From contig OX597816.1 in assembly GCA_951406725.2 (NCBI GenBank), positions 76,694,001 to 76,758,000 of the forward strand: 64,000 nt of DNA, in the 5' to 3' direction. How positions within the stretch are numbered: the first letter of the stretch is position 1; each line of letters begins with the position of its first letter. Under the pieces are notes generated by a model. It was not told the DNA's origin and ran no database searches. It saw nothing but the letters and a program-made list of their open reading frames with translations. This document shows positions 1-59,415 of this stretch, in pieces. The position numbers and the translations under genes are program-made. The stretch comes from Octopus vulgaris (taxonomy: Eukaryota).

Positions 1-800
1 TTTCTATATTATCTACTAATATTGATATCTTCAAAGATAAAGCCGAATTTTATAATTCTGCCTTGCTTAAAGCAGGCTATAAAGAAAAAAATACCTATAT
101 TAACCCTATTGACATTAAGGGTGGTAAACAGTACTTATGACCCTTTATATGTAATAAAAATAAGTCTAGGACTTTTAAAGATAATCATCCTAATAAAAAG
201 GTGTCCTAGTAAAACCGTTTGGTTGATAATTCCATATGGTAAGCAGCTCAAATCCAACCTCCCTTACTAGTTTCGTGAAGCTATAGATAAAAATTTCCCA
301 AATAAATTCAAGATACCATTCCATAATCAATCACACCAAATTAGAATAGGGTTTTCAAGGACCAAAAACCTTTCACAAATCATCTCCTTGCATAGCAATA
401 AGTTGTTGATTACAAATCCACTTAATGAAAATAATAAGATTGATATTATTAACGCTAACCATTCTTTGAACAATAATAACAACAATATTAATATTTCTGA
501 TATAAATTCGAATCGTATTCGTTTCTTTAGCAGTAATTCTGAGACTAGAAACTCTGTTTATCAATGTAAAATTTCTTCCGGTTCTGTTGTCTTTATTTAC
601 ATAGGTAGTTCATCGTTTCAGTTGTCAAAAAGAATATCTAACCATTACTCTACATTTAGACATATCAATAAACGTAATAATACTGGGCTTCATAAATTAA
701 TTTGGTATCAAAAGGAACATAACAAACAATTTGATTTGGAATGAAATATTCTATCTAGATCCTTCTCCTATAATAACGGTAAATCTTTCTGTCCGCTAGC
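1..800 (+). mobile_element. Decayed Penelope-like element, 3' part (RT thumb/linker and GIY-YIG endonuclease)
   Basis: WLIIPYGKQLKSNL..IDKNFP..GFSRTKNLSQIISLHSNKLL resembles the PLE linker; NSVYQCKI..YIGSS..LSKRISNHYSTF..LIW resembles GIY-YIG; stops and frameshifts present. Confidence 0.7.
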
Positions 801-1189
801 CCTAACCCTAACCTCTCTTACACCCAAAAATAAATCTCCAGGCTAACCTAAAGTTTCGGGAACCAATACCCACCAATCTACCCACATCATCTCACAATCA
901 ATGGAAGAACTTGCCTCCGAGATTTAAACCTCAACACGAATACTTCAAGCATTCAACGAGACACCACATAACTTCTCCCTCCACCCACATTACTATATCA
1001 AAAATAAATTTAACCCACATCAACCATAGACAATATAAGAACCCTCAGTACAACCATAATCTAGTCCGCTACACTGTCACTCCACCACAAACATACTACC
1101 ACAGGCACATTACACCCATTTTCGCTTCAGTAAACCAAGCACAATACAGACTTTCGACAACCATCCACGTACTACAAGCACTTTTAGAC

Positions 1190-3700
1190 CTAAATTAGAG
1201 AAACAGAGATGTAAAATGGAACAAAATGTACAAAAACAACCGAAAATAAGTATTACACAGACTAAAAGAGATTTAAAATTTACACCAACCTTTCGCAGAT
1301 CGAACCCGAATGAAATTAAGGATAACACTATGGATTTCTGCTGAAAATTACGCCTCACAGAAGCACTTCACAACTACATCAGCGAAGATGACTCAATAGT
1401 AAAAAACAAAAGCGAATACTTTCGTACAAAAGGCAGAAATAAAGCACTTGATGCTTTTTGTGAACACATTACCAATTTTCCTTTTAATACTCTACGAAAC
1501 AACGAATTAAATCCAATCTTAACACAAATGAATGGAAACACCTAATCGAGTTAAAGCATGATATAAACCTGATCATTAAAGAAGCCGACAAAGGAAGTGT
1601 GGTATTAGTGATGGACACAGAGTACTACAAAAAATTAATACTCTCCATGCTGGAAAACAATATTTACTAAGATAGTACAATACAACCCACAGAAGTCACT
1701 TAAAAACTTAAATCCTCCTTACTTCAAATAAATGGAAAGGGCCTCACTAAAAAAGAAATTGACTATTTATCCAATTTTCAATACAGACCAAGTCTATTCT
1801 TGGGATTACCTAAAATACACAAAAATCTACATATTTGTAAATCTTGCAAAGTTTCGCCAAGGCAATGCATTAATGTTCCTCCGCTGCTGACCTGAAACTT
1901 AGACCCATCATTGCTGGCCCTGCTTGTGAAACCCACCGTTTGAGCAACTTCCTCGACATCTTACTCAAACCTTTTCTAAAATATGTGAAAAGATTCATCA
2001 GGGATGACTTAGACATGCTTAACCACCTCCCGAAGACAATAAATGAAGGAAGCCTGTTTGTATCATTCGATGTGGTGAACCTGTACACCAATATCCCACA
2101 CGATTATGGTATAGAAGCAATTACCTTCTGGTTAGAAAAATACCTAGAAGAGATTCCAGGAGGTATCAACTACAGCTTCATAATTGCAGCTATCCTACAG
2201 AACAACTATTTCATGTTCGATATAGTTTACTATCGACAAAAATATGGAATTGCAATGGGAACTCGAGCTGCACCAGTGATTGGGAATCTTGTAATGGGTT
2301 ACCTAGAACTTACAATATACCAATCATCACCACAAAAATATGGTACCTCATTTCATTGCTATTTAAAGGAGAGCTGGAAGTGGTATTTGGACGATTGCTT
2401 TATACTTTAGACAGATAGCATGGTCAAACGCCTCGATTTCAAAATAATGCTCAACAATATCAATAGGAACATACAACTCACCTTGGAGCACAGCAATAAA
2501 CAACTCCATTTTCTTGACATTATAATTATAATAGTTAATAACCACGTCGAAACAGACATCTTCTATAAACACACAGATTCAAAACAATACCTATTATTTA
2601 ACTCATGCCACCCCAAACACATAAAACTTAATATACCATATAATCTAGCGAAAAGAATATGTGCCATAGTTTCGGACACCTATACTCGTGAACGAAGACT
2701 CCTTGAACTCAGAACAATACTAATCAAAAGACATTACCCAATATCATTAATAAATGATTGCATTAAACGAGCAAAGGAAATAGACATACGAACATTAAGG
2801 AAAGTCAACCGAAATACTACACCAGACATCTCCCATACATCTCCACACATAACCCTAGAAACAATGAAGTCTTTAACATTATCATCCAAAATGTACCCAT
2901 CCTCACAGGTGATAAAACAATGAACAAAAGTTTACGCTCGCACAAAATTATCAAAAGCGAAATGCAACCAAAATCATTTTTAAAATATTAACCAACGCAA
3001 GACTATATCCATTAAAAACGGAACCAAAAGTAAAAAAAATGTGGTCGACCTAACTGTGGCATATGCCCCTATCTTTTGTAGGGTTCAGCGTTCCACTTTA
3101 AGGTAAAATATTTAAGATTAAATCAAATTTCACCTGTGTCTCGGAAAACCTAATCTATGTCATTACCTGCTTAGGGTGTGGTAATCAGTATATTGGCCAA
3201 ACAGGAATATCATTCCGTCGAAGAACCACCCTCCGCACAGAACAAATCTGCCACTTCCAATACAAACAGATACAGGTCAGTGAGAACATATAAAGGTGTG
3301 CTAGGAACTTTAATCCTAATTTCCTAAATTTCCCCTTCTATCAATGTTCACAGAACTGCTAAGTACAGCAAAGAATGAATAAAGAGACAACTTTCTTCAA
3401 TAAATATCTCCCACAACTCAATTTGAACACATAACATAACACAGGATAATACCAACCCTTCAATTAATACCACTAACTCCCATACATCCAATACGCAATT
3501 TACATTACAGTATTATATCTACCCTAATTGCACCAAATCCAGACCTACTTACATCCCTTACACATAATCGTTTTACTCAGGGACTAGTAAACCCGACACC
3601 GTTCGGTAATCGGTGCGCATTCAAAGTCAGTGAATACTAATTTTACGAAACCGGTATGTTTTTGAATCTCTTTAACAATTCACAATAATGACTTATATTA
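1190..3700 (+). mobile_element. Penelope-like retroelement (Neptune-type), pseudogenised RT + Cys-rich linker + GIY-YIG, with 3' pLTR-like region
   Basis: Motifs IKEADKGS, GLPKIHK, LRPIIAG, SFDVVNLYTNIPH, YRQKYGIAMGTRAAP, WYLDDCF, FLD, FYKHTDSKQYL..SCHPKH, CGRPNCGICP, NLIYVITCLGCGNQYIGQTG across several frames (ORFs 1940-2410 and 2420-2923). Confidence 0.92.
3620..3666 (+). ncRNA. Degenerate type I hammerhead-like motif at PLE 3' end (core GUGAAUA)
   Basis: ttcaaagtca-GTGAATA-ctaattttac-GAAAC-cg-GTA-tgtttttgaa; flanks pair as stem I (one mismatch); palindromic stem III accggt. Confidence 0.5.
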
Positions 3701-3856
3701 CTTTTATTCCTACCCCAGTTCATCTAATTTTATATATCTATTGTTACTTTTCATAAAAAAAACCTTTACTGTTTTTGATTTCCAATGTGCATTTTCGCTC
3801 TTTTCTTCTAACTTTCCCTGTATATGTGTGTGTGTAACTCTATGTGTGCATTTATA

Positions 3857-3898
<42 letters not shown>

Positions 3899-4095
3899 TA
3901 CACGCACATATATATGTATATTATGTGTGGGTGTATGCGCAAATATATAATTATATATTTGAATACGCATAAATAGATATATGTGCATGTACGTCCACGT
4001 GTACATTTATATGCATATCCATATAGATACACAGTTATGTATTTAAATATACGTACGTTTATATATATGTATGTGTGTGTGCATCTGTATGTGTG

Positions 4096-4185
4096 CGTGC
4101 ACAACTATATAAATATATGTGCACAAATATATAAATATATGTGCACAACTATATAAATATATGTGCACAAATATATAAATATGTG
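4096..4185. repeat. Short minisatellite (~20-21 bp unit, gtgcacaa(c)tatataaatatat, about 4 copies)
   Basis: Direct reading of tandem units. Confidence 0.7.
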
Positions 4186-4247
4186 TGTATAAGTATATAC
4201 GCATTATTTTAAGCCTCTAGTACGCTCAAATGATTATGGGTATATTT

Positions 4248-4297
<50 letters not shown>

Positions 4298-4746
4298 AGA
4301 GAGAGAGAGAGAAAGAAAGAACTCCCTCCTCTAATTATGTTGTGTGAGTTAAGTACAGTTTCACGAACAATCATATCTTTTGTTTTTATGATGATAAGAC
4401 TTCATGCCACACTTTAACAATAACCTTACATTCGTGAAGTCCATACACGATTGATTTTTTAAAATATTTTACACACATTAATTCATACAACAACACGCAA
4501 TCGTTTATGTGTATGCGTGTGTGTGTATCACAAATGAGTTTATAAAACATATGCATATTTGCATATATGTATATATGTATATATTATGTATTAGTAATAT
4601 ATGTAAATATAGTTATAAGTGTGTGTATGCGTCATCTTTCTATGTTTCATGCTTGCGTTTCTATATCAGGATGCATATACATATATATGTATGTATGTAT
4701 ATATATATATATCTTTGTGTGTGTGTGTATAAGTGTGTGTGCGCGC

Positions 4747-4778
<32 letters not shown>

Positions 4779-4966
4779 CTTTCTTCCACAAATTCTATGC
4801 TATAATTAGCAGTATTTGATTTACGCCGTCCATTATTTTGATCTGGTCCTACTGCCTGAGTCAATAATCGATTTACTATTATTACTTTACGAAGAAGACA
4901 AACATGTGCCTTGAACCGATTGTATATATTTCGTTTTTCATTTTTTTTAATTAAACTTCCTTTCAG

Positions 4967-52737
<47,771 letters not shown>

Positions 52738-52905
52738 GTAAGTAGATTAATATCTCTTTCAAAATCTCTTTCAAATCTCTGTTACAACTCAAGGTTAGTT
52801 ATATTTCGAACAACATTTCAATGTTTAGAAACGAACTGGGCAATAAAGCAATCATGCAAATTGCCATGAAGTATTTTGGTTGAATAAATGCCAATACCAA
52901 AGTCT

Positions 52906-53278
52906 CTTTATTTCTTTACTACCCACAAGGGGCTAAACACAGAGAGGACAAACAAGGACACACAAACGGATTAAGTCGATTATATCGACCCCAGTGCGTA
53001 ACTGGTACTTATTTAATCGACTCCGAAAGGATGAAAGGCAAAGTCAACCTCGGCGGAATTTGAACTCAGAACATAAAGACAGACGAAACACCTATTTCTT
53101 TACTACCCACAAGGGGCTAAACACAGAGAGGACAAAGAAGGACAGACAACTGGTACTTAATTTATCGACCCCGAAAGGATGAAAGGCAAAGTCGACCTCG
53201 GCGGAATTTAAACTCAGAATGTAACGGCAGACGAAATACAGCTACGCATTTCGCCCGGCGTGCTAACATCTCTGCCAG
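52906..53278 (-). mobile_element. SINE (61680 family) with internal duplication
   Basis: Reverse complement closely matches 61680-62090. Confidence 0.8.
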
Positions 53279-53341
53279 TAAAAGTAAAAGTATAAAAGAA
53301 TAAAGCTTATTCAAATTTTCGAAATTTTCAAATTATTATGG

Positions 53342-53690
53342 AGATGTACTCGCATAGCAAGTAATTTGGTCTGAGATCGTGTGCTGAAACGAAAACAATT
53401 GCAGCGTGGAAGGTGTTTATAAGCCATTTAAGAAACACACAAAAGCCGTTCGATTCACTCCAACATTTAAGTTTAATTTGTCAAAATATTTTCGTCGCTA
53501 AAATCCGCGACCTGTTCTCTGACAAAGTCCGTGCTGCATCTCCGAGATGCAGCCCGGACTTTGTCAGTGAACAGGTCGCGGATTTTAGCGACGAAAATAT
53601 TTTGACAAATTAAACTTAAATGTTGGAGTGAATCGAACGGCTTTTGTGTGTTTCTTAAATGGCTTATAAACACCTTCCACGCTGCAATTG
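53342..53690. mobile_element. Young 349-bp insertion with 14-bp TSD, containing a 297-bp palindrome; probable PLE pLTR foldback
   Basis: TSD tcaaattattatgg at 53328-53341 and 53691-53704; arms 53395-53542 / 53544-53691 with 2 mismatches. Confidence 0.85.
53560..53609 (+). ncRNA. Hammerhead-like motif with G3-C8 swapped core
   Basis: tttgtca-GTGAACA-g-gtcgc-ggatttta-gcgac-GAAA-atattt-tgacaaa; 7-bp stem I, 5-bp stem II, palindromic aaaatatttt stem III. Confidence 0.6.
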
Positions 53691-53838
53691 TCAAATTATT
53701 ATGGTTTGAGCTTAAACAGTTTCCTCAAAATCTAGCTTTTATTTAAGGATTAATTGACTGACGCGAGATCGTAGATTTATACAGAAAAACCGAAGATCGT
53801 GAACATTTGTATAGACAATAGTACAGTAATACTTCACA

Positions 53839-54171
53839 AGTGAGGGCGTGTGGCTTAGTGGTTAGGGCATTCGGCTCATGATCGTAAGGTTGTGAGTTCG
53901 ATTCCCGCCGACGCGTTGTGTCCTTGAGCAAGACACTTTATTTCACGTTGCTCCAGTCCACTCAGCTGGCAAAAATGAGTTGTACTTGTATTTCAAAGGG
54001 TCAGCCTTGTCACTCTCTGTGTCACGCTGATTATCCCCGAGAACTACGTTCAGAGTACACGTGTCTGTGGAATGCTCAGCCATTTGCACGTTAATTTCAC
54101 GAGCAAGCTGTTCCGTTGATCGTATCAGCTGGGACCCTCGTCGTCGTAACCGGCGGAGTCTTTTTTTAAAA
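53839..54171 (+). mobile_element. tRNA-derived SINE with 11-bp TSD
   Basis: A-box tggcttagtgg, B-box gttcgattc, core tgtgtccttgagcaagacacttta; TSD aatacttcaca at 53828-53838 and 54172-54182; partial copy at ~60270-60375. Confidence 0.88.
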
Positions 54172-55119
54172 AATACTTCACATCACTAGGACCCGTTTTA
54201 CGAGACACTGGGTACATGATTTTACGAGTTCTATTTTTCTGTTTATGTGCTTCGCTTCACGAGCGTTCTCCAGGAACAAATTAACTCATATATCGATGTA
54301 TTACTGTATGTACCACTATTAATGATTGAATAAATTATATTTAGATTATGCATTTCAGAGAAAAGTAAGTTAACATTGAGATAACTAGACGTGATACTTG
54401 AAACTCGAAAGAATATTGACTCTATGTCACTTTCATTGACATTTGCAATTTCGTAATAACAGAGCGTTGAATAGCAGAAGTTATAAAGAGATCGGTAAAC
54501 ATATAGTTTCAATACGTGCTTCGGCGAACAATAATCTCGGTGGACCATTTCCGAGTACAGAGTAGTCTAACTGACCGAAGGTTTCCTTCGATGTTTAGCC
54601 ACGTCTCTTACCTTCTGCCAGCTAATTATGTTTCTGTCAGCTTTAATTACTGTTCTTTTAGTGTCAATACTAAGATCAATTTAAGAGATTGCATGTTTTT
54701 TGAACTGCAATATAGAATCGGGGGCACAAAATATTTGAAAGCAAGACAGTCTATTAAATTGATCTTAGTATTTGAACTACAAGCTATTAAATTGATCTTA
54801 GATGGCAGAATGTTAGAGATGTGGCTAAGCACCGAAGGTAACTTTCGGTCCGTTAGACTACTTTGTACTCGTAAATGGTCCAAGATTATTGTGCGCAGAA
54901 GCACGTAATGAAACTATATCTTTACTGATCTCTTTATCACTTCTGCCATTGGACGATCAGTTATTACGAAATTGTAAATGTCAATGAAAATGACACAATA
55001 GTAAAACCTTCTGCTTCCAAGTTTAAAGTATCACGTCTAGTTATTTCAATGTTGCTTTACTTTTCTCTAAAATGCATGATCTAAATATAATCCATTTATT
55101 CATTAGTAATTATACAATA

Positions 55120-55258
55120 CAGTAATGCCTCGATTTATGAGTTAACTTGTTCAGGAAGAACGATCGTAAAGCGAAAACTAGTAAACAGAAAATAAAACTC
55201 GTAAAATCTCGTACCCGGTATCTCGTAAAGCGGATCCTAGCGAAGTAAGGTATTACTG
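55120..55258. mobile_element. pogo/Tigger-like MITE (mirror copy ~53824-54306 split by the SINE)
   Basis: TA-flanked termini cagtaatgcct / aggtattactg. Confidence 0.6.
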
Positions 55259-56506
55259 TACTATAGTCTATTCAAATGTCCGAGATCTTCGGTTTTCCTG
55301 TATAAATCTATGATCTCGTGTCAGTCAATAAATGCCTAAATAAAAAACTGGATTTTGACGAAACTGTTTAAGCTCAAACTATGATAATTTAATAATTTCG
55401 AAATTTTGAGTAAGTTGTGTTTATCGTTAGAGACTTTGGTACAACATTCATCCAACCAAAACACTTCTTCAGAGGAGAACATGGCAATTTTTATGATTGT
55501 TTGCTGCCCAGTGCTATCCTAAACATTGAAACGTTCGAAATATAATTAGTCATGTCTTTACATGGCATACAAAACTATTTTAGTTTACGTTTCAGGTAAA
55601 GCATTCGCTTACTCTAAGCCGTGACCGCCTCCGCACTTTCAGTTTCAAGTTAACGCTTTTCATATCGACCGAAAAGTTAAAACAATATCAATTGAATATT
55701 CTCTCCTCCAGTTCACAGTAGAAACACTTTAATATCAACCAGAAACGTTTCCCAGGTATTCGCAACTATTATAAGCTATTCACCGGAAAGAGAGAAATTC
55801 ATTTAAAGTTGCTCAAAGAATTATTTTAATACTGTAAAATGCCAATACTGAAAATCTAACGTGAGCAAAAGCCAGGAAGAAAATTGCATTGAAAAAAATA
55901 GAAAGACAGTTGAATAAAAATCAGCTTTAGAGCTTCAGATTTATAGACATGGCGATAGGCTAAAATAAATTACATTGAATGGAAAGAAGACAAATTCAAG
56001 AGTTTTTTACTAAACTATATGGTCGCCTTCATGAATATGGAACAGGGAATAATTACATATATATCAGCGGATGCATGTGAGCTAATATGGCATAATATGA
56101 GAATCGTACCTAGTGAATAAGCAATTGAATAGAGCATCACTCTCTCTATGAAGGAAAGGCAAATCAGAAAACAATATATATATGAATGAAGCATATGATA
56201 TATTGAAATATTTCAATGTATTAAAGAATAGAAAGAATGAGAACATACCCAAATAGAATTCCAGGAATTCTACCTGCTAAATGACAATAATCAGTCTTAT
56301 GTCTGAGCGGCTTAATTACAAGAAATAGGTAATACCTGCTTAGACATGACGTTATTTATTACCATCAACCGTAACATTATTTCAAGAAAAGTTCCATCAT
56401 AGAAATAGAAGCTTAATCATGCAATGGTTTCAATATTGGTATGTATGTATGTATGTACAGATGTATGTATGTGAGTATGTATGTACATATGTACGTATGT
56501 ATGTAC

Positions 56507-56537
<31 letters not shown>

Positions 56538-56585
56538 TGTATGTATGTATGTATGTATGTATGTATGTATGCATGGGTATTTATG

Positions 56586-57137
56586 TCAGGTCACTTTTTC
56601 AGTGCTACTGGTAACATGTAACCCAGTACAATTTGTTGCATGGTCGGGTCGTCGGCGATTAAACCGGCAACCCCAACAAGCTGGCTTGGTGAGGAGGGTG
56701 TTTATTGGACACCCTGCGGGATGAAAAACAAAACCCGTCAAAGGGCAGAGGAGCTCTTGAGAGTCAACGGCCATCCAATAAATGTCTGAAGGCTGTATCA
56801 TGCGCGGGGACATAGAAATAATCGGACTGAATACCCGATCGCGCGGTTAAACCATTGGGAGTGAAGGACTCCTAGCCTTTGTTAGGGCATCCTTCTAGGA
56901 GAAGGTAACTCAGGTAACTGGGATAACTCCGACTTAAAATCTGCGGTTCAGTGGTTACCGATGATTTTGACTTGTTCTTCTTTTTGGATTATGGCTGATG
57001 TTGCTTAGTGAGTGGGATTAACTCAGTGCACAGCGTTTCCTCACTTTAAAAAAGTCTTCTTGCACAGGTATTGCACGATAACAACATTGATTAAGCTTCG
57101 TGCAATGGCCATACTCGATAACGAGGGGGCAGCTACC
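56586..57137. mobile_element. ~550-bp interspersed element, copy 2, next to (TATG)n
   Basis: Reverse complement of 30276-30806 with ~20 bp extra. Confidence 0.85.
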
Positions 57138-57705
57138 ATGCGTATTTATGTATGTCATGATTCAGTTTTATTTTAAGATTTCTTCCCGGGAAAGAGCCAA
57201 TTTCAAACCTAGATTCAAGGCTACTTCATTCAGGTATTTTTATTTTTATGTATGTATGTATGTATGTATGTATGTATGTATGTATGTATGTGTTGCTTTA
57301 TGTATGTATGTATGCATGTATGTTTGTATGTATGTATGTATGTATGTATGTATGTATATACAGGGTTGGCCGAAAGTCACGTGACAGTAAATCGAAACCA
57401 TTTAATTCCAAGATTTATTTATGTCTAACAACTGAATGAATTTAATATAAACAGTTAAATATGAAACATCATAAAAAGTACATTATTTGCATTTGATGGA
57501 TATTTGTTCTCATCGTGTTTATTGTAAATAATGAACATAATTCCTTATCTCTAAATATAGAACTGTATTATCATGAAAATTGTTCAAACTGAATTCCTTC
57601 TTGAGCGATAAACTTTTCCATTCGAGTCAATATAGAATTACAGATAGTATTTGTGGAATTTTGATTCACTATCAGGCGAATTTTGACCAACGCTGTACGT
57701 ATATG

Positions 57706-58510
57706 TGCAGATTTGTATGTTTTTATGTATGTATGTATGCATTCTCATGCACATAGTTGTATATCTAGACATACTCATATATATTTAAGTGATAAACTTC
57801 CGGAAAGTTCTACAGATTTTTAAGTGATGGATTAGATCTGTAGTCTACAAATTAGGTTTTTCCTTTTCTGGTTTTGAGAAGCATAATTTCTCAAGATTGA
57901 TATTTAAGTAGTGTGTTACATATCGCAGGGCCCCAATAATTACAGAAATAAACCTGAACTCGTAGTCTTAATAATTTCGAAAATTTGAATAAGTTTTGTT
58001 TATCGTTAGAGAATTTGGTACTAGCATTCATCCAACCAAAACACTTCTTCAGAGGAGAGCATAGCAATTTTTATGATTGCTTTACAGTCCAGTGCTATCC
58101 TAAACATTGAAATGTTCGAAATATAAATATCCATGTCTTTACATGGCATACAAAACTATTTTAGTTTGGGTTTCAGGTAATGTATTCGCTTAATCTAAGC
58201 GTGCTTTTCGGTTTCAAGTTAACGTTTTTCATATCGCCCGAAAAATTAAAACAACATCATTTGAATATTCTCTCCTCAAGTTCACAGTAAAAACGTAATA
58301 TTTAATGTGACTAGGATCACCTTAATATCAACCTGGATAGAGTAACTGCAGATTTCTCAATAGTTCTCTTTTTCATTGATCTTCAGCTTTGTGTTAACAT
58401 CCGCTGGGCAGCTAATTTCCACAGTTTCTCTTCTGTATTCCAAATTATTATATCAAGTATGTTGTGCTTACATTTTATCGAGGTCTTCACTGGGACATTC
58501 CACCAAAACT
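57706..58510 (-). mobile_element. Second R4/Dong-type 3' fragment, split by a ~360-bp local duplication
   Basis: 57706-57968 and 58333-58510 align with 43090-43545. Confidence 0.8.
57969..58332 (+). repeat. Direct copy of 55390-55740
   Basis: taataatttcgaaa..tttatcgttagaga..cattcatccaaccaaaacacttcttcagaggaga..ttaatatcaacc shared. Confidence 0.88.
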
Positions 58511-58645
58511 CCTTTTTATGTGTGTATGTATGGGTGGATGGATGCATGTATGCATGCATAGCTGGATGAAATAATATGTGTGTAAAAGTATTAATATGAG
58601 AAGATAAATTGAACAGGCTTTATTATAAGTCACTACAATTGTTTC

Positions 58646-58843
58646 TACGCATCATTACCCTCTGTTCATTGCTGAAGTAACACTGTATTAATATCACTCA
58701 GCAATAGTAGAATGTAAATAGTGCTAGCTGTTGACTTTATTCCCCCGAAAGAAGGCATATGCTACTATTGCTGAGTGATATCAGCGCAAAGCTATTTATA
58801 ATATAGTTAACATTCAGCAAGGAATAGATGGTAATGATGCGTA
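58646..58843. repeat. Imperfect ~200-bp hairpin
   Basis: tacgcatcattacc / ggtaatgatgcgta and a perfect 20-bp atatcactcagcaatagtag / ctactattgctgagtgatat. Confidence 0.8.
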
Positions 58844-59080
58844 CATACATATATTTTCCCCCACATCAACTGTAACGAATTTGCCTTCAGAAATTGAAAT
58901 AAGTCACAAATATATTTCAACTAACCCACAGTTCGTATATTCATCACTACTTGACGTTGATGGTGCTAAATATACATATAGTTCAAATATATATAGAAAC
59001 AATATGCTACGAAATGAGACGAGTGTAAGAGTAATAACTAGTGTGTATTAGTTTGATGCTCAGAAGAAATGGAAAAAGTC

Positions 59081-59114
59081 TTTGACGTTTCGAACCCACG
59101 TTCTTCTACAGAAA
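59081..59114 (-). ncRNA. Minimal PLE-type hammerhead motif with one core mutation
   Basis: Minus strand ttt-CTGtAGA-a-gaac-gtgg-gttc-GAAAC-GTC-aaa. Confidence 0.5.
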
Positions 59115-59297
59115 TAAATGAGGACAAAAAATAGATGAGGAGATAATGTATATGCATATCTTTGCGCATATTTATATACTACATATATACATAGCTACAT
59201 ACACATATACACACATATGTGCCATATATATATAAAGACATACATATAACACAGACACATACATACATATGTGTGCGTATGAGTGTGTGTGCATAAC

Positions 59298-59415
59298 TTT
59301 TACAAGAAGGTTGTCAGTAACGTCGATGTCCTGGCCTGCTAGCTTTCCTTATACAGTATAAGTAAGGCCAGCAGGCCGAAACTTCGAAGTCGTTGTCACC
59401 CCTCTTCTTGTAAAA
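59298..59415. repeat. Imperfect ~118-bp hairpin containing a hammerhead 3' half
   Basis: ttttacaagaag / cttcttgtaaaa and ggcctgct / agcaggcc arms; GAAAC-ttcgaa-GTC. Confidence 0.7.

Larger units (their letters stand above)
52795..55550. repeat. Large diverged inverted duplication (~830-bp arms, centre ~54715); left arm interrupted by three later insertions
   Basis: 52795-52905, 53300-53341, 53705-53838 and 54183-54695 are collinear reverse complements of 54740-55550; mirrored ORFs 54516-54908(+) and 54647-54904(-). Confidence 0.88.

Noticed and set aside
800-815. ccctaaccctaacc telomere-like hexamers between two PLE fragments
   Set aside because: Only about 2.5 units; too short to separate from chance or to claim telomere targeting
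53842-53910. tRNA gene candidate (A and B boxes)
   Set aside because: It is the head of a SINE with body, tail and TSD; no clean acceptor stem
56586-57137. Possible HDV-like ribozyme in the 530-bp element
   Set aside because: Could not identify the nested double-pseudoknot pairings by eye
57361-57400. TA-cagggttggccgaaagtc, Tc1-like terminus
   Set aside because: No matching second TIR or transposase found
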